Assembly: GCA_030248215.1 (NCBI GenBank)
Contig: JASANG010003494.1
Span: forward strand, 310,001-374,000
Origin: Enoplolaimus lenunculus
Taxonomy: Eukaryota
DNA: 64,000 nucleotides
Reading direction: 5' to 3'
Positions within the stretch are counted from its first letter, which is position 1. Every line of letters begins with the position of its first letter. This document shows, piece by piece, positions 26,665 through 40,410 of this stretch. The notes beneath the pieces were generated by a model that worked only from the letters and a program-made list of their open reading frames with translations, was not told the DNA's origin and ran no database searches. Both the position numbers and the translations under genes were made by a program.

Positions 26665-27048
26665 GGGGTGCAAATCGGAACTGGATTATGCCGGAATCGG
26701 ATCGGAACAGCAGATTTTTCCCGGAATCGGAACTGCTAAATATTTGACTATACGGATAATTTGTATTAAGTATAATATTGATTTATGGTGTCTGTTGGCT
26801 TGCAACAATTTGCAATCATTTTTTGGCTCTGTAAAGCTAAACTACAATCAATTATTGCTAAGTTAACTTATCTAAAACAATTTAATAGATAAATGTTGCA
26901 GAATATTTATACAACATATCACAACATGTAGGTCTAAAATTAAAATGTGGAAATTCTGATTCCGATTGATTGTGCAATCGGAATCGGAAGCGGAATTGGA
27001 AGTCGTTTTGAATCGGAATTCTGGAATCGGAATTCCGATTGCACCCTG
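26665..27048. mobile_element. hAT-type MITE, sister copy of 2118-2513
   Basis: gggtgcaaatcggaa ... ttccgattgcaccctg with collinear interior (ctctgtaaagctaaactacaatcaatt). Confidence 0.85.
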
Positions 27049-27742
27049 CATATTAGGTATGGTAACTCTTGCAATTGCAAATCAGTAGCATACTCGATTA
27101 ACTGATTCGATTATTGCTTTTGAGCTTATTGTCAGTAAGTGGATCCGAGCGTCCATCAAAGCCTGTTACCATGACGACTACTATATTGTCTTTTTGAAAA
27201 TATCCTCTTTTTGAAATTAAAGAGCTTACCTATCACCAAATAGGGTTATTTCACCAATAATATTGCAAAAAAGAATATTAAAATGAATTTTTCGGTGGCG
27301 TGTATTATTCATTTTTCAGTTCCGTTTCTGGTAATTTTTTCATATTCCGGTCCCGGTAAATTGTAATTCCGTGTGCAGACTGATAGCTGGGTGCTTTTTG
27401 CGGTGAAAAATCGATATCCGGTTTGAAGATAATATGGCTTTAATCTGTGAGATTAGCCGTGGAAGAATTAGGTCCTGTTGGAACAGTTGAGTATTTATGT
27501 TTTATTTCGTCAAAACTGTCTAATGACGATTGTGATTCGCTATATAGGGATTGATTACTTAAGTGCTTGCATAGGTAACGGCAGCAGCTTAAGGCGCTTC
27601 TATAAAAGCCGACCACACCGCAATCCTTGCTGTTGCGTTACTAATTGTAACACACTGAAATTGAGTATTTTGTTGCATTACCTCGACGATTCGTGTCAGT
27701 TGTTACCTTTTAGGCATATATTAATATATTTAGAAGTGATTC

Positions 27743-30700
27743 ATGAGTTTGCCATTAGAAAATAAACGTTCCGCTCCGTTGGTCACATCTGCACAAAGTT
27801 CGCCTAGAAACACCAAATTAAATCCTGACGCACCAGTGTTTGTTCCGTCAGTGCAGTCGGCATCGACGGCAGCGAGTAAGGTAAGCAGTGAATTATTTTA
27901 GTGTCATGTTGTTGCTTATGTATTGTGTTTTTTGTTTTCTTTGGCTTACGGTGTTAGCAGCTTAGGCGCTTCTGGAACAGAGGCGGAAATTAAGTTTTTG
28001 GTGCATTGGGCGGGACGTCTGCAATACTTGAAACGGTACGGATATGTTCATTTCGGTATCCAGTCGAAAATGCGATGTTGGAGTTGCAGTTGCATATTGT
28101 TCCAGTATCCCTGTATGAATATTAATTTTCACTCACACACATCAGGATGCGACCGGATTTTCGGTTCGGGTTTAATATCCGACAAGAACGATATTTGTAT
28201 ATATCTGGTTCCGGTATCCGGTATAAACATACCGGATGCCGGATATTTACTGTTGTGCTCCCGAATACCATAAAACTGCTCTTGAAAAGTGGACATATTT
28301 AACATCTTGCTGCGATTAAATTTCCTGGCAAGTAAACTTGTCAAGATTTTTCCTATAATTGAAATAGCATGAAAAATCAAAGCAAACAATTAATTTTAAT
28401 TCAGTAAACATACTTTAGCGCGACTCAATTATTTTTCAACAGTGCTTTTATTTACATGCTATATACGGTTAATTTCCGGTTCTGGTGAAAATTCAATATT
28501 CGGTTTCGTTATCCGGCAAATTAATATTCGGGCGCGCCCTGACACACACATATATAGTGCATTTTCAGTGACTGTATGGCTGTGTATATGGCATTTTCTT
28601 ACTTCAGTTATCGCATATCTTATGTAGTGCAACTAATCAGCAGCATTTGCCACAACACAAAGCCGCCGTTAAACGTTTGCATCGTCCAAACATAACTTCT
28701 GCTCAAAATACTACCGAAAACTCTGAATGGATTTTGAAAGCTCGGCGGCCGAAGCGTATACATGGAATCGGAAACGTTAACCGTAGATCTGATGGACGGC
28801 CTTCACGGATATCGAAACCACTTCCTAGAGAATTGCACACTATCACAAGCGTAGAAGATGCGATTGGGGCTGGCAAAACGGTGTTAGTCTTGATGCGTGG
28901 TTTGCCTGGAAGCGGCAAATCGGTTTTGGCCAAGTAAGTGTTCATCGAAATTTTGAACCGTGCGAACATCGCTATAGCGGGGGATTTTGAAAAGACGGGT
29001 CGCGTTTTACAAAAGGTTCGAAGTAAAAATTAGTCAAGGCATTTCTGACCCTTAGCCTACTTGGTTACGCCCTTGTGCGTGACTTAATTTGCATAATCAA
29101 ATCGTCGGTATGCGTTACCAGTTGGCGTTTATAACCGAATATAAATTTTTACCATAATTAAAAATTCCGGTATTGAAATTTGGTCACTTTTAATTAAGAT
29201 ACTAGATTTCACTAGTACAGTATGCAAACCTTGACAATCGCCAAAAACAAGCCATTAAAGGTAGATTTCGCTTCCGTGGGATATGAAAATCTAAAATACA
29301 GCAGATAAAGTGAATACCTATCTCCCGCTACGTAGGGTTATTTCATCAATAATTTGGCGAAAATAAAAATTAAAATGAATTTTTCGTGGCATGTATTTTT
29401 CATTTTCCGGTTCCGTTTCCGGTAAATTTTTCAAATTCCGGTTCTGGTAAATGGTAATTCCGGTTGCAGCCTACCTTACGGTTATAATTTCGCGGCCCTA
29501 AGACATCGTAAGCAAGGTTTTGTTGCTAGAAGGTACATAATATAAAGACAAAATATATACGTACATTTTGACGGTTTATCCTAAAATTTTGATGTGTTTT
29601 ATTCTCTACACTTTAGGACTAAATTCAGGTTTACGATATAAAAAATTTTAGGTCCTGGTCCGGGTTTGACTGAGGAATTCTAGTTCCGCGTTTTGACGTT
29701 GAAAAACTCTGGTTCCTGGTTTTGGTTTTGGTTTTGAGAAATTCTGGGTTCGGGTATTTGTTTTTAAATGTTGCAACTCAAGTTTTGATTCATATTGAAC
29801 TATAATGGGCACTTAGAATGTCTATTCGGATTCGGCGTACATAATATTGTTTTGGATACAGTTTTGTTTGGAAGTGATATTAAATTTCAGACAGATTGTA
29901 GGTAATGATGGGGTGATTCTAAGCACTGACGAATATTTTAAACGAGATGATGGCAAATACTGTTGGTCAGAAGATCTTCTGGAAGAAGCACATAGATGGA
30001 ATTTTCAGAGAGGTTAGTATGTAACAACTCGTATCTTGTAGCACCAAAACATACGGTATATAGAGCCATTGTAGCGAAAAGTTTGCATGGGTGTGTAGCT
30101 CAGTGGTAGAGCATCGGACCGCTAATTTGTACGTCGTGGATTCGAGCACAGCCGCATCCGCAGCAAAATTTTCGTGAAGGGCTCTATATGGTAGTATGGT
30201 ATTGCTTAACTGACAAATAAATTCACAATCGAAATTTTATGCATAACTAAAACACATGTTTTGTGACATTCAAAATATAATTGTTGGTCAACGATTAACG
30301 AATGCACGTACCGTTCTCTGGTGTTTGTGATGCAAATTTGGTACAAAAACTGTATAAGTTTGTTTTTCTCGTAAAGTACGCGCATTGCGCGGATTTCTTT
30401 TGTAGTACGTAACGTTTATAGCGGTTTAGTAACAATAAATACTGTTGGATTAGTTAGAATATAAAAAGATTTACTTGTGTTTTAGCAGTGCAATGCTTGG
30501 AAAACATTGTGACTCCAGTAATTATTGATAACACAAATTGTCAGTTGTGGGAAATGGAGCGATATATTAAAGCGGTAGGCATGTAACATATTATATACAT
30601 ACATATATATTAGGGTGCTACTGGAATAGTCATCGCAGGTGGATTTCGCTTCCGTGGATTATGAAAATCGAAAATACAGCAAATAAAGTAAATACCTATA

Positions 30701-33700
30701 ACCAACTAGGGTTATTTCACCAATAATTATGGAAAAAAGAATTCTAGTTGCATCCTGATTATATCAGGGTGTAACCGGATATCCGGCATCGACATCCGGT
30801 TCCCGTATTTTAACTTGCCGGATATTAGTTTTTAAAAACTTCGAAAAATTTATACCATCATTCGTATTTGTACCAAATACCATCGAACCGATGGACTTAT
30901 TTTTACATATTTTTTCTGTCACACATGTAATATAAATGTTTGCGTGTGACTGTGTACATTCACAATCTTTATTGGGTTACAATGACGCTAGAAAACCAGA
31001 TATAGATGACGAGTATTATTCTAGGGGCGTAACGGAATATATCTCAGCATATTTGTATTATTCCTAAGGCTAAGACTAAACTTCAGCGTATAAATGGGTC
31101 TATCACTAAGCCTAAGCGAAGCAAAAATAATAGCCTTAATCCGAGCCAGGGATGTGCGGAGACCGGCCATAAAAAGTCTCGGTCTTGGTCTACTTTTGGT
31201 CATCACCGAAAAAAATAGATTTTCAAAATACCATGATCTTAGCCACGTCTGTTTTATAGTACCTACGGAAAACTGGATGCCCTTGAAAGGAGCACTGCCA
31301 ATCGAATATTAGAACAGAACGCAACGCTACAAAAACAGAAAATAGTATAATAGGGTCGTTGATAACGTGTTAAAAATGCATTAGCGTGCGATGTTAAACT
31401 TTGTCACGTTAACACTTTGAGTACCTTAAGCCATGGAAGGAAGAATTGCAAGATAGGTTCTGATATTTGAATGGAATCTAGTATCATATTTTTTGAATTC
31501 ATTATCCGGCTTCGGCTCCGGCCGGATATTAGATTGCCTGGCTTCCGTCAGGTTTTGGTATCCGGTCGCACCCTGTTTTTCCGTGGCATGTATTTTTCAT
31601 TTTCCGGTTTCGTTTCCGGTAATTTTTTCAAATTCCGGTTCCGGTAAGAACCGGGGATCAAGCAAAATTATATAATAAAAATATGGTCATTTTGTTTATT
31701 GTAACAATAATCTGCTAAGTGCTGCCAAAAAGTTTGGTTTTAAGCATCTTTTCTGAGAAATCCGGGCGGCTGTAAAGATTACATAATTGACGCGAACTTT
31801 TACAAAAATACGAAAATGTTAGTTTGATATTTCTCAGATGAAATGGAGAATATTCATTTGGGAAAGGGTTAAATAAGGGTGTATTACTTCTATTCAATAC
31901 GCATGTAGTCGATTTTTGCTGTAATCTATAAATATACTTTCAGGCTGTAAAGAATGCCTACGATGCTATTGCATTCATTGAACCAAATACAGAGTGGAAG
32001 TTTAATCCAGTTGAACTGGCCAAGTAAGGTTTACGAGTTCTGAAATTTAACCAAAGTGATGATGAAACTGTTTTAATACAAAGGCTAGTTTGCAGAGACA
32101 TGACTAAAGTTTGATTTGGACCTAAGTCGGCGATTTTACTTAGGTGTGTAGCCGTTAAGTAAAAGCTTTTATATAAATATTTCTGTCAGCCAGACTAATT
32201 GATGTTACCAGAAAATGCTACGCGCTTCTAGTCCTGGTGATGCAGTGAGATAAATAATTCGACCTTAAAATTGCGTATTCAAACTTTAAACTTTAGTGTG
32301 TTTTTGTTTACTTAAACGGTGTCTTTGCAATCCAGTCAATTTTTAAATAGCGCATGTTTTCTTTGTATATAGAATTTCCGAAGAACTATGTACTTAGATG
32401 CCGCATGTGCGCATATTTCTACTGTGTATTTAACAACGCTGTATCAATACTAGTGTTAAGCCTGGTTTGTATTGTTGCGGGTTAAACTTAGGGATGTGTC
32501 GATCAATCGGCATCGGTAATAGTGAGAATCGACACCCAAAAATTGTCAATTCTTTGCCGATACTTTTCGCACATAACTGTCAGTTGGAATGCTATCAGTT
32601 TCATTTCTGGTCGCATATCTGGTGTCTGGTCAGGAAAACGGTTATCTCTCGCGTTTGTGTTTGAAAAAATTAATTGAATGAACCGTTCTTATAAGATTAT
32701 AATCGTTTATGATGGTTAGGGTTTAAGTCTTCATATAATGATGTAATGTAGTAGCCTATCTGTTTATTAAGCATGGTGTACTAAAGTTTGAATCGGCATC
32801 GGTTCGGCATCGGCGAAATTTCAAAATAATAATCGGCATCGGTGTCGGCACCGGCAATAATTTTGGTATCGGCACATCCCTAGTTAAATTTCAGAAATTT
32901 CAGTTTAGGTCAGTCAATTTCAGATTAGATTTAAGTGAACTACATGTAATACAGTTTGCTTTTTGGGTCACATGATAGAAGTGTGGCAGGCTTTTTGCAA
33001 TGGTTCCAAGACAGCCATATGGTTCTTGTACCAATCTGACGGAAGTTTTGGTTCCGGCTTTCTGTAAGTTGTAGTTACGTCCCATCCCTAATTCTGGTTA
33101 AAATGTGTAAATTTATAGAAACACCGTGTTCAGCAGCGATTTCTCCACTTGTTTGATTACTTTATATCCGGTTTTGTGATTATATTTTATAATAATTGAC
33201 TAGCTAAGTTAATATTCTGTAGTATGCAATAACCCTGTTTTTTTTGTATTTTAGACGTAATCAACACAAAGTCACAGAAGAAAAATTATGGGTTATGATT
33301 AATCGCTATGTTAAGCGAGTTTCCTTGGAGTCTTTTGGTCTAACTTGTCAACGTAATGCAATGCGGTAAGTAATGACGTGCACTGTAGACAGATATTTTT
33401 ATATCGATTTTAGAATTTTGAGTTTATGTTCGTGGTGCAAATTAAGAAACAGCGCAGTCTTGCGATCTTTGTATAGACATTCATTTACGGCACACACCTT
33501 TCGACATTTATTTCGCTAGGTTGGTGCCAATTAGGTACAGTTAGTGAAAGCGAATGCTAAGGGACATAAGCGTATGTTCAAAGGATTATACTATGCCTAA
33601 TACTTATATCCAGTTATCGATTGGTTTTCAAACTATTGAACTGTTACATCGATTGGCAAAAATTTCAGATACACAGCGGTAGAGAACCTCTGTGATTATT

Positions 33701-36700
33701 TTAAACCGGTGTAATTTAATGAAGGCCAATTTACTGTGCTAAAAGTTGCAAGAAATATTATCAAAAGCGGTAATAAGCGCCGTACACAGCTACGAATAGG
33801 AAACAAGAATATACTTTAAACAAACGTATGCGTAATTTCGTTCAGTAGGGGATACGACATTATTTGGCACAAGAATCGAAATTGACAAGGGTATAGCATT
33901 CATATAATACGTACATTAAGATATTTAAAATAACAAAATACATATAATTGGGAGGGTGCAGGGCTTGCTAAATGGCCTATGTATAACCCTCTAATTTAAG
34001 GTCGGTCTGAGGTTGTATTTGCGGAATATTGCGTGATGCCTTTTTAGAACAGTGAAAGGCACAGTCTCAAATTATTAGCTTTTAGCAATAATTGCTTGAG
34101 TTCATCTGAATATTTGATTGTTTTTTGGTTAAAGGATGAGTTTTGTGTTTTAGACATCAAAGTTCTGCTGGTCCTAAACCGAATGTCGTAAAAAGGACAT
34201 CGAAAAATTCTAACCGGAAGCGTTATTACAAGAATAGAAATCTGCTGGCAGATGATTTGGATAGTTTGGAACAATCACGCCGCAGCCATTTTGCCAACAG
34301 CATTCCCACAGCCAGAATGGGTCGGCATTTAAAGTCTCGCAGCTTGAGCGCTGGTGGTAAACTGCAATCAATTAGCGTTAAAGTCAGTGGTGAGCAACGT
34401 CGACCAATTTGCCATATCTCTACGTCGAATAAATTTGAGTTGGCTGAGGAGGGTTCCTTTGAGTGTTTAGAGCATAAGACAAACACGGAAAATGCGAAGC
34501 AGGGCAGTAAAACTAATTTGATTTCTGGTGCATTGGATGGATTGGCTAGAACCTGGCGTGGTGTGGAGCGAAGGCCGAATAGCAGTCTAGGATTTGTTTC
34601 GTATTTGGCAGATGAAACTTGGGACGATAAGCCGACCTGGGATGGCTCAGATCAGGGTGACCAAAGTTGGTTGGATGATTGTCACTTACCTATTCGCATT
34701 CGGACAGATAAATTCCGAGACTGGTGCTCAGCGAATCATGATGGAAACGAAAAGCAACAGTCAGAGAATACCGAGTTTAGATCTTGGGATGAAGTGAAAA
34801 ATTGGTTAGAACTCAAGGAAGACAATCAACCAGTTGATCAAAACTGGCTTTCTTCGTCATTTGAACCTATGCCTCAGCGGAAAGTAGCGCGCCGAAGCCA
34901 AAAGGAAGGTGACGGCAAGGCGGAGATCAGCAAAGGAAACGTGGGACCAGAGATGAACAAAGAGAAGGTAGGGGTATGTAGGACTAAAGTTTGTGTTGAT
35001 AGCTACCAGCAGTTAGATATTGCCGGGGGTGAGAAACGAAATAAGAAACCGGTGAAAATGAAACGAACAGCGCAGGGTCGAAGCAGGTCTGAGGGAGGCA
35101 TGCAACGCTTAGTCAGTCTGGTTAGTGAAGAGTATTTCACAAGTGGTAGCAGTGGCTCAGACAACGAACATGATTACGATTGTGATGACAATAGTGGGTC
35201 AACCGAGGGCTTAATCGACACCTTAAACGACCCGTTGGATCAAATCGATGATGTGAAGACGTTTTTTGCGAATTTGGATGTGTCTAGTTTTGGGGATGCG
35301 GAATTAATCAACGAAGAAGAGGCTATAGGAATTGGCCAGAGTAGTAGTATTAATGCCAGGGTAGGTAAGGAAAACCCGACTGCAACCAGTGGTTATAAAT
35401 CTGGCAAGCGGGTATTTTCTCAGCCTAGTCAATCGACAAATTCCAGTAGATCTTCAGACGTGTTTTATGACTCCCAAAAAACACGAGGTAATTATAGATC
35501 TAAATTGTTGCCTTCAAAGTTAGCCGCAAACTGGAAAAATATTTACGAAACAAAAACATTGGCTGATTTCCAAGAACACATAAACTTGTCAGGCAGAATG
35601 ACTGATGCAAATAAGGCGCAAAGTGTCCCAGCAAGAATTTCGATCAATTCGAGATTGTGGAAGAGTGAAAATGACGTAAGCTGTGATGATTTTAAAGAAA
35701 TAGCTGACATAGATAGATTGACAAAGCGGTGGATAAGCGAATCACAATGCAAAGATACGGGGGTACTGAGGAGTCGTGGCTCAGCTATCCGAAGTGTTTC
35801 TGTCGCTAGTAATACAGAAAATTTGGCGTCAGTTTTGTCAGGTTTATTATGGGCTGAGTATGTTAGACTCGATGATGTTAAAAAGTTGTTGGATATTGTA
35901 GAACACCGTAAGAATGCCGCGAAATCATGTTTAGACTTAGAAAGTTTGGAGCATAATTCTTACAATTTTGATTATGATCGTATTATAAGCCGTACGAGAC
36001 GAACTACAAGCGTGGCAAGGTATGAAAAGGGTATTCAAGTTGGCACAGACATTAATCTTGAAGAGAATATTGAGCAAAATGTCAATTTTTCGTTGTTGCT
36101 GAGTATTTTTGACTTGGTATTAAGCGGAGAGTTGGTCGATAACGAAGTCATTGATTGCTTGATTAAAATGAATCAAGCTTCCTACTCGGGACTAGACGAA
36201 AATGGTGACGGCAACAACAGCGAAGGCTTAGTTATCGGATCAGGTGTGACGTGTTTGCTGGGTGTAGATGAATTTGAAGAAGACGACAGATTAGAAAATC
36301 AGAAGTCTCGAGGACAGATTCAGTCGAACTTCCAAGAAACTGACACCTGTAATCTAAATAGCCCAAGGTCGAAACCAGATCCAGCTTTGATATTGAGTAA
36401 TAGCAGTTCGGCGGATGTAAAAAGCGTAAGCGACCAAAGTTTCGAAATTTTGAGCAACAATTACGGATCGACAAGTAGTCCCGCGCTTGACTTTTCGTCA
36501 CAGAACGTATCGTGCGCAAATTCCCCGGCAGATGAGGGTACCATGTCACGCAGCATTTTGCCAAGTCAAAATGTGCTTCTCCGTAAAGATAGCAGTAATG
36601 ATAGTTTTGTAATTTTATCAAAGAAAAATACAACCGCAATAAAGGCCTCTTCTGATAGCAGTTCAGGGGCTGCTGTGAGTCCAGAATCAAACATTCCGAT

Positions 36701-39700
36701 CGTACAAGAGGAACATGGCCTAGTCTCAGACGAGTATGTATCCACTTTTGATGAGTTTGACAAAGAAGAATCAGATAGCCATCAATTTAAGTGTTCCATG
36801 GGATCCGATAACGCTAATCGGTTTGGAGTGATTGAAATTGAAAAGAATTTTATCCAGCGTCTTCGTAACACGCTGACTGACGAGGTAAGCAGTGGGTCAG
36901 TTGTGGTCACCGAAAATATCGACTTGAAACCATTACCCGCTCGCATGCAACTCAAACTTCCGATATCCGCGATTAATGAATTTTATTCTGCAATTACTCA
37001 AAGTCTCGCAGATGTCAAACCCATTGTTTTCAGAAAATGTGATGAGATTTCGAGTAAAGATGATCTCCCGTGCGTCGACTCTCAGTATTTTGATCGTCAC
37101 AGGTGTACAAATTCGAAAAAATCTAATAACAAAGTACAAATGCTACGCCGCAAAGCTGAAAAGCAATCAAAAGCTGCGACTACTTCGACAGAAGTTGCAG
37201 ATATATCGTGTACCGATCAAGTTAAGCTTTGGTGGAAAACCATTGAAGGTAACCAAAATTATAGCCCGATTTATAAACCGCAAAAGCTAGATGACAGCGT
37301 TGAAAATGACGAGTTGATTGCAATTGCGCTACAGTATGCGGACGATGATTGTGACGGAGGTGTGGTGGATGGAAAGAGCTCCTCCAATACTTCGGGTAAC
37401 TTCCAGTTCTTAAGTTCGGGTATGGCGAAAACGAAATCACCATGGGCACCAATGAAACCTGTCACAACTGCACCGTCATTGACTCAAGTAATGGCCGAAG
37501 AAATGCGGGTTCATCACGTGCGAAGTTCAAAAAAGCCAAAGAAGTTTGGTCACAACTTGTCAAATAAAGCAAAAAATGCAGCGCGAGACGATATGGCTGG
37601 GTACAACGTGGATTTTGAGCAACGAAGTCAGAACAGCCCAGATTCGGCAAATCAACGGTTGAAGCGACGACAGCTTCACGAAATGTTTGCTGCTCAAGTG
37701 CCGCGACAAGAATTGGATTTTTATTTCGATGCGCATGGTAAACATCTTGGTAAGTCGGTGACGCGTGATAATGTTCTACGATGTGTGCAGCACCTATCAC
37801 TACTCACTGATACCCAGGTTTTAAATTTAGAAAGTGGTAATTGTGAAGTAAGATCTATATTTAGCACTAATGGCTACCCACATTAATTGTATTATGTAGT
37901 TCGGGTTCCTTCATTAAATTGAGTAATGCATTTGTTTCAAGCATAGCAACAGTGTTGCGGCTTTTACGCTTTTCAATACTATGAGTATAATGCACTCCTT
38001 TTGGAAACAATGCAAGCAATATGCTGAAAATAAGAATAATGTATCCTGGATGATTTAAAAAATTTTAGCATCCCCGCAGTCAATTATGAAATTACTCACA
38101 GGAATGCGTGGTGGAACTCAACAATGGCGTAGGTCTGAGGAGTTGTTTATTATTTGAGTGTATACCAACAGCCCTATTAAAAATTCGGTTTAAAGTCATC
38201 CATTCAACCCAGTCAATATTTTTTAGATCGGACAATTGCTGCAATCTGCGAGAATTTAAGCATTGATTGTCGGCGTGCAAATTCACCAGTTGTTTCTCCA
38301 TTTTATGGCAATCGATCTCCCAGTAGTCATCAGTCGCCGGCCTCTAATCTTGTCGCAGATGCTGAAGCTTATCGTGCCCACGCCACAGACTATGCATCGA
38401 AACGAAATGAAGCGTGTCGTAAAGGCAAGAAGTACTTTCAAGAAAAACAGCCTGCGGTTGCGTCGTACTACGCTGCTGAGGTGAGTGAAACGCACAAATT
38501 AGGCCACATATCCTCAAATCTGTGTAGCATCTATCACCAGCTAGTGATAGGTCTTGTAGCTTTCGAACCAGTGAATTGTGAGACTTGAAGTTTTGCACGT
38601 TTCTCGCATTTTAACTTGTATCACTTTACGTGTCAAATTTTGAGTTCCGAATTTGCATGAGTTCATCAGTTTTCAAACCCATCTCTAACTGGTTGCTACA
38701 TGCTGGACTTGTCCGCTCCTGCCAACAATTTCTGGATCCACCGCAGAATATACAGTGATTCAGAACAATTACCACTGAATAAAGTTTATGAACTGCTACT
38801 ATTACTACATTATTGGCTGTGAAATTGCGTTTCAGCTATCGACTTTGGCCGGAATCGAAACCGTGTGTCCGGTGCAACTTGTGATGTTAAATTATTGAAT
38901 TATACAAACTTTTTTTGTGTCCAACGGTGACATAGTTATTACGAAATGCGAAGAAATATCGCTAAAGCGACAACATAGCAATGCCGTGAATTTTTTTAAA
39001 AAATTATGTTTAAATTGTTTTTAATTTTTCCTAAAAGAGATCGTTTCGATATAAAAGAATTAAAAATCGCGTTAAAAACAAAACGCTATTTTAAACGCTT
39101 TTACATTTCAACTAGCATCTTTCAAAAGGCTTTTTTGTATGTATAGAAACGCTGAAATGGTTAGCTAGCGTAAAATGCTTTTTAACGTTTGTTAAAACGC
39201 CATTTTCTCAACATAAGCGCTTTTTTCAAAACGCGAAAAAGCGTTTTGCATTTCTGGCGTGATTCTTTAGTTTCACATGATTAGGGGTGCAGGGGCACAT
39301 GGGCATAGGACGTTTTTCTTTACACTGTAATATTCAGCGCGACGTTTTCAGGCTATGAAGTACGGTGAACAAGAAAATATATTTCACGAATTAGCGGAAC
39401 AAGCGTTTGCGGAAAATCAAACAGGACGAAATGAAATTGATCTTCATCAGTTTCGTGTACCAGAAGCAATGAAACAGCTTAAAGCTCGGCTTGACAAAGA
39501 TAAATCTCGACTGACACAAGGTGGATACTTGGATATAATAACTGGTCGTGGGAAACACAGCGCTCAAAACAAGCCGCAAGTATTGCCAAACGTAAAAAAT
39601 TATTTGAAACAAAATTCAAAATTGTATCGCTACGAGGTTTTGAATCCAGGTCAACTAAGAGTGTTTGCAGCCGCGGACCATCAAAAGTATTCACCTCCGC

Positions 39701-39714
39701 CTGATACTAAATAG
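27743..39714 (+). CDS. N4BP2: NEDD4-binding protein 2 / NONU-1-like: PAM2 motif, P-loop polynucleotide-kinase-like (AAA_33) domain, long low-complexity middle, CUE, DUF1771, Smr endonuclease; 9 exons, ~1692 aa
   Basis: Exons 27743-27880, 28608-28933, 29891-30012, 30486-30574, 31944-32023, 33255-33365, 34154-37749, 38227-38480, 39352-39714 (5079 nt, phases match). Motifs: VLMRGLPGSGKS, ILSTDEYF, EEAHRWN, PVIIDNTNCQLWEM, EPNTEWKFNPVELAKRNQH, CUE-like LHEMFAAQVPRQELDFYFDAHGKHLDRTIAAI, DUF1771 AVASYYAAE, Smr IDLHQ...IITGRGKHS...NPG. The first exon is less certain than the rest. Confidence 0.92.
28143..28541. mobile_element. hAT-type MITE
   Basis: caggatgcgaccgga ... ttcgggcgcgccctg, flanked by acacacat/acacacac. 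Confidence 0.7.
30089..30160 (+). pseudogene. tRNA-like pseudogene (GCT at anticodon position, short variable loop) enclosed by inverted repeats
   Basis: GGGTGTG/CGCATCC acceptor stem, A box TAGCTCAGTGGTAGAGC, decayed B box GATTCGAGCAC, broken T stem. Confidence 0.7.
30612..31647. mobile_element. Nested MITE cluster in N4BP2 intron 4
   Basis: An element seen uninterrupted at ~29260-29472 (and partly at ~27228-27380) is split here by a CAGGGTGTAACCGG...CCGGTCGCACCCTG element (~30766-31575), which itself contains a GCCTAA-like tract and another CAGGGATG end. Confidence 0.7.
32489..32882. mobile_element. hAT (Ac-like TAGGGATG) MITE
   Basis: tagggatgtgtcgat ... atcggcacatcccta with TSD gttaaact/gttaaatt; truncated relative from ~52371. 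Confidence 0.85.
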
Positions 39715-40283
39715 CTATGGCGGGCCGCTCATGACGGAAAGATAAAGTGAAATTAAAATTTCGACGAGATGAAAGAATGCTGCAAGTACATAGGTTATTG
39801 ATCAGTTTGTCACACATATTTTCAGTTTATAAAGCTTCCGCTTAGTCGTTCATCAATCCTGCGGCTCCGGCAAAATTTCTGAGCTCCGGTATTTTTCACC
39901 TGCGGTTGCACACTGATGTTCACACATCAGAACTTGTACATAGTATGAGGTGTAGGTATATGCGCTTCACTGTAGTTCGGAGTCATTTCAGATTGTACGT
40001 GGACCTAGTTTAGCTACTACCAGAATAACACACATGACTGTTATCAAAATGTACCAGCAGTAAGATTTTGCATTTCAATACTTATAGAAGGTAGAGTTTG
40101 GGTCGACAAGATTAGAAAATGGTTCATTATGCCAATGCCATGAGCAGCCCGAACATGGTGCAATTGTTTTATCATGTATTTAAATAGTGTCGTGTTCAAT
40201 ACATGTATATGTATACATTATTATAACGGTAATGATTGTTTTAAGTGCCCTTGTTCTTACTGGTAGTTTCCTTACTTAAGTTA

Positions 40284-40410
40284 GGGCCCATGTAAATATC
40301 AGGAACGAAGAGTTTTTCTGTGGGACTAGAATAGAGTAAGCTTAAGCTTTAGACTATTTTTTCGCGTGGCTTAGGCTTAGGAATATGCTCATTCTTAAGC
40401 TTAGGCTTAA
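40284..40410 (+). mobile_element. TTAGGC-bearing dispersed element copy
   Basis: gggcccatgt...aagctttagactatttttt...gcttaggcttaggaata matches 4906-5035. Confidence 0.7.

Noticed and set aside
30089..30160. Functional or code-altering tRNA-Ser(GCT)
   Set aside because: T stem and B box are broken and U33 is absent, so it is a pseudogene.
34143..37886. Stand-alone 1247-aa gene
   Set aside because: Bounded by acceptor 34153 and donor 37750, in phase with flanking N4BP2 exons.
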